A stretch of 64,000 bases of DNA, taken from positions 1 through 64,000 of the forward strand of contig KZ538522.1 in NCBI GenBank assembly GCA_000934665.2, in the 5' to 3' direction. Numbering within the stretch: the stretch's first letter is position 1; every line of letters starts with the position of its first letter. Position numbers and translations under genes: made by a program. This document shows positions 53,301-64,000 of the stretch, one piece after another. The stretch is from Catajapyx aquilonaris (taxonomy: Eukaryota). Below the pieces are notes generated by a model, which ran no database searches, was not told the origin of the DNA, and was given only the letters and a program-made list of their open reading frames with translations.

Positions 53301-54302
53301 GAACGGATAAAAGTCACATGCCTGACCTACCCTTCTGCAGACTATACGATATATTAGCTTGTATGGTAACATTTTGGCTTTTCAAACTGGTATTATGGAC
53401 GTTTGGTTTTAAAACAATTGTGTACACGTGTCGTCGATGCATAAATATCACATACAGGTTGTTTATACTGGTCCGGCTAATAGTTTGCGCCACACCAGGC
53501 GTTTAGTTCAAAAAGTAAATATTCATACACAAAACATTTCATCATGCCCTGCAGTTTGGGTTGCGTCATTTTAGGTGGGTTGGTACCAAGGTCGGTGTGA
53601 GGGTCAATTACCGTGGTGTATGACTTACGTCATGCTCCTGAGCATGGCTTGTACACAGGAATATAATATTTATTCGCGTTAACTATACCAAACGTGTCAG
53701 TGAATGGAATTTTTCATCCACTTGTGTCGTTAAATAAGTGTGCATGCTTCACATGCATAACTGAAGCATTGGTTCGCAAAACTGGATAATAAGTGTGCTT
53801 GAACATATGCCAATATTTACATCAAAGGTAATTAAATGCAAAAATAATGATGTTAAAATTGTGCACGCGTAACAACGCGATTAAATTTAATGAACGACGA
53901 GAAAAGAATGCTGGCTCTCCAGTGCTGCATAATATAAATCACTGGCTTTTCATCATGAGCTGTTAAAGTTGCAGTTTAAGTCCATCCAGCAGTGTAACAT
54001 ATGCGCATCGAAATTAAGCTGTAACGCAATTTCATCTAAAGGTTGACTTAGTACATCTTGCAATTCAAAGTCCATCAAATTTGTAATTAATCACTCACGA
54101 AAAACTTTCCTTGTTATGTACGGGTCCTGAAACCCAGACTATAGTCAGTGCACGTAAATTGCATTAAATTTTACGCTTGGCTGGCGTCCGCCTCATTGCG
54201 AAAGTGACTTCGATTTTGCGTTTTGGCACTTCCAAGGCGCAAACTTCAGGTTAGGTGAGTATAATCTACACTTTAAAAAGGCCTCATGACAGAGGCAGGT
54301 AA

Positions 54303-54352
54303 TGACGTCAAGGCATTTTCCAGAGCGGTTTCCCCCACCTCCAACCAATCAG
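54303..54352. promoter_or_regulatory. CRE palindrome plus CCAAT box
   Basis: TGACGTCA at 54303-54310 and CCAATCAG at 54345-54352. Motif evidence only. Confidence 0.25.
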
Positions 54353-57300
54353 CGATAATTCAATATAATTCGTCTTGATTACCAGTAATGGAAAAGTTGA
54401 GCCCAAAGGAGCAAGCCAGCCGTTCACTTAACTATGACGCCAACACCCAAGAAACAATTTCAGGTCCCCATTAGGGGCCAACAATAATAGGCTTCCGCTG
54501 CACCTTGAAGTAACAGATATCACGGCATTGCCCCAAAGTACTGTATGTGGTCGGATGGCATTCGATGGCGCAAGGACATTTTTGTAATTTATCCGCTTGC
54601 TCTACACAAGCCGGTTGTCCCACTGCTATTTTGGGGGTCCTATTTCCGAATTAAAAATAGGGTTGATTCAATTTTAGACGTTGTGTCGGGCATGCTCGCA
54701 GCGTCATCCGCAATCGTGTTGCGGAATACTAAACCAGCAGTCCGGCTCACAAATATTGCCCCGTTCACATAATGAGAGCGTTGTGCAAAATAAACACACC
54801 GAGCAATATATGCAAGCTTTGAGTTGGCGATTTTTGTTACAGTTCACTGTTCAAACAATTACACCCCTGGCAATATCATGGATAGTCGTACCATATGAAA
54901 CTACTAATGTGTAAGAGGTAAGATGTCAACCGGCATAGTTTTTTTTTTAAAGCGGCCTGAAATGCAAGGCCACTTTTGGCACAAAGTAATACTGTATATG
55001 CAGGAATATGATATTAAGCTTCCCCAACAAAAAAATGCTCATTTCGTCTCTCGCCACATATGCAGTTCTGAATCTCAATTTCAAACCCAAGCGACTGATA
55101 TTCCATATCACCACTAAGCTCCTCATACTCCAGCAAGAGCAATTCAACAAGATCCCTTCCGGGGGGATAAAAACCGTAACAGAGAGAGTGCTGACCTCAT
55201 GAAAAGCACTTTTTTCAAATTCGCTTTTTCCCCCCAACAAGCCTTGAAAGTGTCGCATTAGGAAAGAAAAGTTCGGCGCTCGCTTCCAAGTGCTACACAG
55301 TAAATGGGTGACTCCTTGGCAAGTCTCGACGGAATTAATATTAATGCGCTTCCCCCTATATGATTCATAGTACTTCCCCTGCATGCACAAAAAGGAATGC
55401 AATGGATATAAAATTTGTTTTCTGCATATATCTCGAAGTCTCTCAAAAAAAGCGAAAAGAAACCCGCCGGATTCCCTGGGACTCAAATTCCTCTCTTTTC
55501 AAGCCCGTTTCATTCTCCAAACCACAATAGAAAGTTTCACACTCAAAGCGAAACAGAATGCGGAATTTTGGGACTACTTTGAATATCTAAAAATAAGGTT
55601 TGAATTATACGTATACACTTTTGCTATTGGGATTCACTCGAAGCTTCATGCTGGTAGAGTGCAAAAAAACACACAAATCGATTCCGACCTTTGATCCGAT
55701 CTCAGGCAGCCATTTCCTCCCCATGACCTATCCTATATAGCTCACTGTAAATATACGTGGTGGCAAAAATTTGGTGTGCTACAAATTTCAGTACGGGTCT
55801 ATCGTAATAGCTGGGCCGATTACAGCCTTTTTCTGGCTTAGTCCTTATGGTCCGTCTCGTGCATCACGCGAGACAGGTTACGAGTCCTGGCCTCCCCAAG
55901 ATCACAAACAGCTTCCATTCACGTAAAGTTATTCCACTCCATCGAAACCGGGAAACGAGCATTTGTGCCTCGTTGATTTCCTGGAAAAAGGAGTCGAGGG
56001 ACTTTAATACTTCTCCACATCCATAACGATTGGATCTCGCGTCGTTAGACCCATTTCTGCACAACACAAAAAAATAGAGAAGCTACCGAGTTCATTAGCA
56101 CCGTATTGTACGACACCGACACACACTGGGGGACAACGACCTTCGTATCAGTGCATTTCTCCTTTCTTATCTAATGGACGACTAATTTGTTGCCCTCGAT
56201 CCGACAAGAAAGTAAACAAGTTGCACAGTGTATTCCACGCTCTCAGAATAGGACATGGCATGAATGCACGCGACATGTGACCTGCTCAGTTCATGACCCT
56301 GCATCAACACCCATATTTTCTGAGAAAAAATGTAAAACCCGCAGCTCAGGTCGATTCGGTGTAAAAAGCGCGCTCCCAGCATCCTTAATGTCAGAACGAT
56401 GATGCTCTAGCTGGTATATCCAGAGCCTTTTATCGAAGCGACTCGAGCATAACCTGAGGTAATAATCGGTTGTCTTCACACATCCTTTCCATCCCAGCCA
56501 GGAAGAGACTCACATCGAGTCGGCCTCGTATGGTGTTTTCTGACATATAAAACGCCCTCACTTGCTAACCGCTTCGTGAAAGGATGTGGACAGCTGATTT
56601 TACACCGCAGATTAGCTCAAGGCGTTCAAAACATCTGTGTCATCGCTGCGATAAAATACAGGAATGTTCAAATGCAAGGAAAACTTGACTAGCAGTTTAT
56701 GATGCAATCGGGCCCGTATTATTTCAAGTTGATAAAATATTTATTTTGAAAACAGCGTTTTCCGCTGCGTTCATTTTTCTTCATTACGCTCGAGCCAAAT
56801 CCTTACTCGGGGAATGTTTGCCTTTATGATGCAGCATCCATGCGCTTTAGTTTTTACCGCGTTATTAACTCCAGGGGGCGGGAAAAAGCAATGGCAGTAA
56901 TCAAATGAACACTACTTTATGGCATTACATCGCACACGGGATCCTGGCATGAAATTGTAAACAAGAAAATACGCTGCAATTGAGGGAACCAGGCCCTCGC
57001 ACATTACCAGACCAAATAGGAAGATGGTAAATATTTTTTGTTTTAAGCAACATACAGTGTTTATATTAGAATCCACCGAGGCCTGAAAATGGTTCGTGTC
57101 ACTGCCAATTTTGTTTGACTATTAAATTAGTTTTTCCCATGTGTAGTGTCAGTAAAAAAAGCAACAATTTAGCCCACCCAACACCCTGCACAAGCAAAGC
57201 CTAATGAAACGCTCTCTCCATGAATCCTAAACGAGCAGCCAATCCGTAATCTTTTTGCAGTCATTCCCCTGCCGGCCCCTAAAACTGGGTCTTAGCTAAC

Positions 57301-59119
57301 GCGATTACAACGAGACACTAGTTCTGAACTGATGGTCGCATCCAGTGACGTGTGTGTGGTACCCAAGAGAGTGGTCCCTCTCTGCCTGGCTGCTGCAGGC
57401 AACGGCCCCTCACACCATCGCAGTCAGGATGGGGCCTAATCTCATCCCTCCCTGGTAATTATCGCGTTCTACTCCTGCTGTAACCAGACTCTGTTCGATG
57501 ACCTGCTAACAGACACTGTAGGCGAGTTAACCCGTCGCCAGAATTGATCCGCATCAAGCAGGCCTCACTTCCGCACCAAGGGCTAATAACGGCTATAATA
57601 TTATCACCCCCCACCACCACCTCCACCCAGCACACACCCCCCTCGCGACCGCTCCATTTTCATTTGGCTTCAATGCGTCATTTTTGATGAGACTGTTGTG
57701 CAAAACGCTGAAATGCACGTCGCATAAAGTGTCATCGGCTGGCGGGGGATAAAAATGGGAGGGTCTGACTGATGCATTGCCAAGTGCCACTCATTGGTGA
57801 CCAAACTTTTGCAAGTGCAGGAACACCATCTGCTGGACCAGGTTTTTTTTGTGGGGTACTTTTGATTTTTTTTCCCAGTTTGTTTGTTGCCTGGAACGGC
57901 ATCTGCGGCATGCATAATGCGCCGGCGTGCAGTGTTTCAAGAGAGGAAATGGATAGGAGGAACTGGGGCATTGCATTTCCTTCCCAGCAGATGGAACAAA
58001 AGGCTGCTCTACATGTGGAGATATTTGGCTGGGCCCGGAGAGGTGTGTGGCCTCACTACAATGCAAAAAAATGGTGTACAAACCGCCAGTTTTGTTCGGC
58101 AGTGGGTGGGAAAAATGCAAGACGCATGAAAGTTACCGCAAAAAAATTGCAGGGAGTTGTGCTGAATTCACAAGAGCAAAGGTGGCCATATTTCACATTA
58201 AATACCGTACAATGCAGTCCAGTACTACAGCAAATTATATCTGAAAAAGCAGAGTGGGCAAGAATGTGGTTCAAGCTTCTTTCATCAGTCAGATCATCCC
58301 ACATCATTCGACTAGAATCAATCAAAGTGCCAATCACACTTCGGCACGTTTTCATAATGGTCGTGTCCGAAAGTAACGGTCTTATTTTTTTGTGGCCATC
58401 CCCAAATTCAGCTCTGGCTGGCCTTGGGTGTCGATCATTTTGTCCACGCATCAACAGCAGGTTTCCAGTTGCGGATCCAATGATCCCTTGTGTCAAGCAA
58501 CGAGACATTATTATACTTCCTGGTGAACACATCTCTGTCAACAGGCCCATGAAACAGGATTGGCACGACGTAAAAAGGTCCGCATTTGCATACGTACCTG
58601 TGAAGCCACTATAAATAATAGTGAAATCGAGATGAAAGTTTTATTGGAAAATTTACAGCGGTTAGAAAGCAAAACCGCGATCGAATCTCCGCACCCCTTT
58701 TTTTTGAACGGAAATACATGTCACGTATTTCACCCTTCCGAGCGCTAAAAACCGCAGACAGTTATTTGGCACGCTTTTCACATACAAAAATGATACTGAC
58801 CTCAATGCCAAATCAAAAAGGTCGGTTTCCAACCAACAATTTATTACCATCATTGTAATCATTACTAGCGTCGCTACTTAAATTCACAATATTCTCATAA
58901 TAATTAGCTGCCATTATTGCAAATTCATGTGCATACTTTTCCATTAAATTTAGTCACATAGTACTACCTGCCCTTAGTTTTTACATATGTTTATAAACAG
59001 GCGGACTTTGTTTTGCCCAGTGTCCGCCCACAAACAATGCTTGATCCTAACGAATGTGATATGCAAGGTCTCCAAGAAACTGCTGAATCACTGTCGCTAC
59101 ACTTCAAATACCATATGTG

Positions 59120-59148
59120 TTGGGCAGCCCTTGTTGAATCACCCTGTA
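59120..59148 (-). mobile_element. Possible solo Tc1/mariner-type terminal inverted repeat relic
   Basis: The minus strand reads TA-CAGGGTGATTCAACAAGGGCTGCCC, a typical TA-CAGGGTGATTCA mariner-like end. No matching left TIR was found in the window. Confidence 0.3.
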
Positions 59149-61329
59149 TACAAACTGCCGAACAATGTCGGAAGGCCCAACGAAGTTTGAGCAAGTTGAT
59201 TGATTTTCCTCCTCGAGGTTGCAAGCGTGTATAGTCAGTGTAATTGGGGAAGCATACACGAAATGTTAATAAATCCATTCAGTAGCCTATACATCTAGGG
59301 CTGCGCAGACATTGATTGGTGACTCAATGTTGACATCATCGCCTTCGTCCCAAGTCCTTGTCATTTGTCCTAATCTAATCTATATTGGTTCGAAGGGATC
59401 GGGCTCCCACAGAAGGAACCTTCCTCCAAGGCCATCCAAACAGACCAAGCAGTCTGCTGCTATTCTGGATCGCTCTGAAATAGTTTTCCTTCGTTTTTTT
59501 TTCTTTTTTTGCAAAACCGACGTGCTTTTTCGTAACCGCAAAACCCCCGCTGGCTGGAGAATGGCCAGGAGCGGAAGGACGAGTCCTTGGCCACCAACAC
59601 TACTTCAACGTTGCATCCCACTGTCTTCAGAGACACGTCGTTTGTCTTTTCAGGCATCTTCAAGCATAATTGGACAAAGTGGGAAGGTAACTGTTTATGG
59701 CAGAAGAGACGTAGGACAGGTGTTTCAGCAGTGTTGACACTATCATGCATACGTAATTTATGGACGACCACACAGATCATGCCGGCAGCTTCATGTTCAA
59801 ATGAAAATGTACAGTACAGGTATATAAATATAGCGAGCAGAGCAACACGGCATAAGCAAACACTGGTTCAAAATAACACGGTCTACATGACCTCTTTAAA
59901 AACTTGAAACTGCTACTTTATTTTTGGACAGCGTATGGGCTTCAATATAAGCCACTATATGCACTACCACCAGTTTTGAATAAACTGCAATAGGAAAGGC
60001 GACTCTGTATAACGCATCAAGCAGGATAACTGAACATAATGCGCCTATGCATGCTCATTATAGCGATAAATAGCTATAAACCGATAATCTGGAAGGCTCA
60101 AAATTTGTCCACCTTTTTACTACAAAAAAATGCCTTTCAATCATTCCATTATTCAGGATCGGCTTGTCCATTTTTAAAAAACTACCTGGGATGAAACGAG
60201 AGGGGGGCAATGGTTGCCTGCGGTGCCAGACAACTCACAATATATTATCCTTCCATTCTTCCCATCCCAAATACAGGAAATAAAGCGTTCCCAACGGCAA
60301 CAGCGAGGTGTCAAAGCCGAAGAAAAGAAACAAACCCAGGGTGGAGGTGCCTTCCATTCAGGCCGCCTTTAGCCAATCGCCTATTATTCTTCCTCTTCCA
60401 CCAACTTTATGGTAGGTGGGACAATTTGTTTGGATTTCCAGGGTCCACACTTGATCCGAGGAAAGGAGAAGGGAATGGAGAGAGAACATCTGAGGCCCCA
60501 AAGCCTGAAAAAGGAGAGCTGGAAAGAGGAGGCCAACTGGCCCCTTTTTTGGAGTCGCGGGGGCAATCTTCCTCCGGCAAAGTGGCAAGTGGAAAAGAAT
60601 CCAATGCTTCCGGGGAAGGAAGCGGGGTTGGGGGGATTCTAATAGGCCCAGTAGAACACGACGGTCTGAAAACCGGTGAACCAAGAAGATACCCCGAACA
60701 ACAACAAAAACAAACTTGAAGGGGAAGCCTGCCTCACACGAACCTGCATTGCCTTACCTAACTGTTTCATAAAAGTAGACGCAGCATCTGCGCGACATGA
60801 TTGGTGACTCAATTACTTCACTGTCCTGTCCAAGTTTGAATGGAATCGATATGGCTTAAAAGGCTGCCCAACGACAAATTGAACAAAGCCGACAAATTAC
60901 GACCCAAGCATTTTGAGTGACTGGATGAATTTAATAGCGCTATAAATCAAGTCACTTGCCACGGTGCAATCTGTTAATCGTCCGACATTAATTGCGCTGT
61001 AGAAATGCATAGTATTTGCTCTCACTATTTTTATGGAGCCAAATGGTATCGCATTCTGCATGCATGTGCATTGTTAGATATGAAACTGCTGGGGATACCT
61101 TTCCACGCTTCACAATATCAGTCCGCTGCAGAATACCACACATAAATAGCCCAACAATAGTGTACAAATTCCGCATGTAAATAAGCTATCACTTGAATAT
61201 CCTGTGTACAATTTAAGGAAAAAGCCGATCATAAATTTACCATTAAATTTCTTCTGAACAGCACTGTGTGAAAGGCCTGAAGTGATATCGTAATATGGAT
61301 ATTAAAACAATGGGCGTCTCTACAATCTG

Positions 61330-62560
61330 CAAATTATACCATCAACTGTATCTAATCTGAAACCATCCAGTTCAGCCATTTCCTCTAGTGTCAATGCTCC
61401 AAGTGACACTACCAGTTCATTCATGCCCGCCTGCAACGCCAACTCCATAGCTAAACAGCATACTGGCAGGTACCCAACCCCATCCGGCCTCAAAAGGTGA
61501 CAGCATACTTCTAAATCACCACGACATTCAAGCAGTCAGGTTCAGTCTCCTGTCATCTGACTGTGCACGCTTACCTGTTGCTCAACGATGCGTCCGGTCC
61601 TCCTCCTCTTCCTCAGCAGCAGACAGCCGGTCCTGCCCCACAAAATGTCACCGTGACAAACACCGTGGGCCAATCACTCACTCAACACCTGCCCGGGGGC
61701 CTCGGCCAGAAACTCTGATCTTGAATCCCCGCGCTGGAAAAGCAGTGTCGTCATAAGGTGGAAGCCAGAATCAAAAGGGGGTTGTCGGCCGGCCCGGAAG
61801 AGCGCAGCACCACACAGGGACAGGCTACTATTGTACTCGAGTTATAGACACTATGATAGGGTGCGACTATGCAGAGGTCTTCTACCCCACCTTACAAGTC
61901 CTTTGACCTGGGATTAGGCACGCCCTGTGACCTGACCTGATGTGAGAGGTCACAGTAGTCGCACTAGGCTGTCGGTTGTTCGCCAAATGGCGGGGGATCG
62001 ATTGCCGGCACCAGACGGAGCAACCCCCTCGAGGGGGGAGGGGTTACCGAACTTACAAGTCGAAAGTACTAGCACCAGCACACTACACCACAGCACCAGA
62101 AAAGACGCACCACCACACCCAGATTGACCCCCGAGGGAAGGTCGGAGGGTGGTGTGGAAAGAGGGGGGAACGAAGGGACAAGGTGGGGGTCACTGACCTC
62201 TTGAACGGAGGTCAAGGGTGAAGGGTCGGAGGACTGGAGACAGAGGTCGTTGAGATCGTACCAGAGCTAGTCCTAGGTTCGGATGAAGAGGAATGGGGCC
62301 TGGAGAATGCCAGCGAAAGTGGCCCCGCTGTGCCAGTGCGCGTCTGAATCATCGAACGGACTGGCCTGGGCACAGGCACCATTGAAGCATGCGCCGAGGC
62401 TTCCCTACCCCGACACACACAGACATCCACCCCTCTACCCCACCACGCCTTTCCTCTTCGGTCAGATCCCCTCTATACTACCCAGAACATACACACACAA
62501 CACAGTACACACTCTACCACAACCTGTGCATGACCTGTACCTTACATTGAGACTATTTCA
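61330..62560. mobile_element. Compositionally distinct segment, probably a decayed retroelement, with interrupted reading frames and a structured core
   Basis: It is GC-richer and lacks A/T homopolymers. One + frame runs from 61976 to about 62530, broken only by two TGA codons (...GQG*RVGGLETEVVEIVPELVLGSDEEEW...V*IIER...), and both strands give S/P/T-rich translations. There are several stems at 61860-62050. No diagnostic domain, LTR or target-site duplication was recognised. Confidence 0.3.
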
Positions 62561-62604
62561 TTATTCATGATATCATTACAGCCCATATGGTATGAAAGTT
62601 AAAA

Positions 62605-62682
62605 AGTACGAGAAAACCCACACGAATACTGCACAAAGTTTATTGTCCGCTCCGGGGGTCGAACTCAGGGCCAGTCTGGCAT
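62605..62682 (-). mobile_element. Possible degenerate tRNA-derived SINE head
   Basis: The minus strand has a B-box-like GAGTTCGACCC (62666-62656) followed about 35 nt later by GTGGGTTTTCTC, which resembles the central domain of V-type SINEs. No clear A-box or cloverleaf. Confidence 0.2.
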
Positions 62683-63803
62683 GGCTTCAAACTCCTGCCA
62701 ATTTATTAAAAATTTGGTTAAATTTACGGGAGTTTGGGCAAAAAAAATGAGGTTTTTAATCGTCCCACTTCACAGTGGATTTCATTTTGGCTAGATGTTC
62801 TTGAAGTTAGAAAAAAAAAAGAAATCCCAACCCCAACCCACCACCCACTAACACATTCTTCCTCAGCCCAATTTCAGCGCCTTACTCTGTGACACCGCCG
62901 AATACGAAATGAGCCAGATACATCAGCGTTATGCGACTATCATCGCCCCCCAAAGCCTTTCTCCTGGACTCTCGATGTCATTAATGCAAATAAGCTTAGT
63001 GAAATAACACGGTTATTGAATTTGGAAGGCATGGCTTTTCCAACAGAAATTGTATGGGTCAATATTTGCTAAAGGGTCAAACTGAATGCGACAACCCAAC
63101 TTGTTATTTTCCACCCATAATTTATTTCCTGCATTCTCTGAACTATGTATATTAATAGACCTACACAGTAATATCGCGACAGTTCAGCATGAATTTTACA
63201 ACATAATTTTTCTGCCAATACCGTATCCCCATGCCATTTATATATAGTCTGCATCGGAATTCGAAACCGGTAACCGCTTTCACAACCTCTAATGCCAATT
63301 CCGAATATTTCCACTGCCTCAATGCTGATGGGATACTTTGCATATCAAAGAGTCTATTCAGCGGTCCTACCACTGCACCTAATAAGGGCGCGGTTATAAA
63401 ACGACGATCAAAGTCCTCAATATTTTTGTCGCATTGTTGCATATAACATACCCTTGCAAACAGCGGACACCTGTCCCAAAAAGTGCAAAACTGTGTAAAT
63501 CAAGACTTGTCCACTTGCAAAAAAAAATTGGCAAATTACCTGTCATTATTTTTTCCCCCTCAGCCTTGCCAAACCACAGCACATAGTGTGTCACCCTGTT
63601 TGCATTGAAGCCATTCGTATTCCATTAGCGACCGGGTCCGAGTGAATGGGCCAGTGTTTCGCATACGCCACTTATCATGGCCAATAATTTAGTAGTTTGG
63701 CGCATCTTCCTGACGGCTCTTGACATGCCATCATTGAATGGACATGAAAGCGCATGAAACCCAGTCCTTTACACGTGGAAACAACACACGCACGCAGATC
63801 GTG

Positions 63804-63843
63804 CCCCCCCCCCNNNNNNNNNNNNNNNNNCCCCCCCCCCCCC
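63804..63843. repeat. Poly-C tract spanning a 17-N assembly gap
   Basis: C10-N17-C13. The other Ns in the window (21004, 26426-27, 32424) also lie in poly-C tracts. Confidence 0.9.
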
Positions 63844-64000
63844 TAGCCCCCCCTTGTCGTGCACGTCAATTTCGCGCGCAGTGTGTTATGACACGGCCCT
63901 GGCTCAACAATGAAAATTCGAGCCTATTTATCCGGATAATAAATTGTCATTGCGATTTTTTACAGATCCGGTTTATCAATTTTTTATAATGAAAAATTAT

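Noticed and set aside
57772..58614. Longest ORF (280 aa, +) and antisense peptides with faint transposase-like words (WPSPNSAL on +; SRMMWDDL and KSVPNN on -)
   Set aside because: Cys/Trp-rich, random-looking composition. The motifs lie on opposite strands and suggest different superfamilies, and no catalytic DDE/D spacing is recoverable.
61970..62030. HDV-ribozyme-like words on the minus strand (ctccgtctggtgccggc ... ggcgaa caacc)
   Set aside because: No P1 5' partner or P1.1 GG, so the nested double pseudoknot cannot be built.
1..64000. CRISPR array, prokaryotic operon, or tandem array of alternative Ig-type exons
   Set aside because: No regularly spaced direct repeats, no dense coding and no repeated paralogous exon peptides were visible.

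Overview
This window looks eukaryotic, most plausibly from an invertebrate animal (inference), and is essentially non-coding, with roughly 45% GC by eye. None of the six-frame ORFs, the longest being 280 aa, resembles a protein family I recognise. I saw no rRNA, intact tRNA, snRNA, CRISPR array, homeobox or conserved miRNA. The best-supported feature is one intact TA-flanked MITE at 15289-15484. Weaker features are a few very decayed transposon relics, two hairpin-rich segments (50263-50324 and 61860-62050) and GC-richer islands dense in developmental transcription-factor motifs. These include TTTATGG across the window, a K50 homeodomain cluster near 0.7-1.2 kb, a YY1/Pho cluster near 7.3-7.55 kb and a Su(H)+TCF module at 10.7 kb. 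Two separate signals suggest the window lies inside a very long minus-strand intron. Long C runs are strongly biased to the + strand (12 runs of 8 or more versus 1 G run), and three minus-strand YAG|GTRAG sites with pyrimidine-rich upstream tracts resemble recursive splice sites (7853, 35185, 37349). My working interpretation is a regulatory landscape or giant intron of a developmental gene. I found no convincing new protein-coding system. All counts were made by eye and need computational confirmation.
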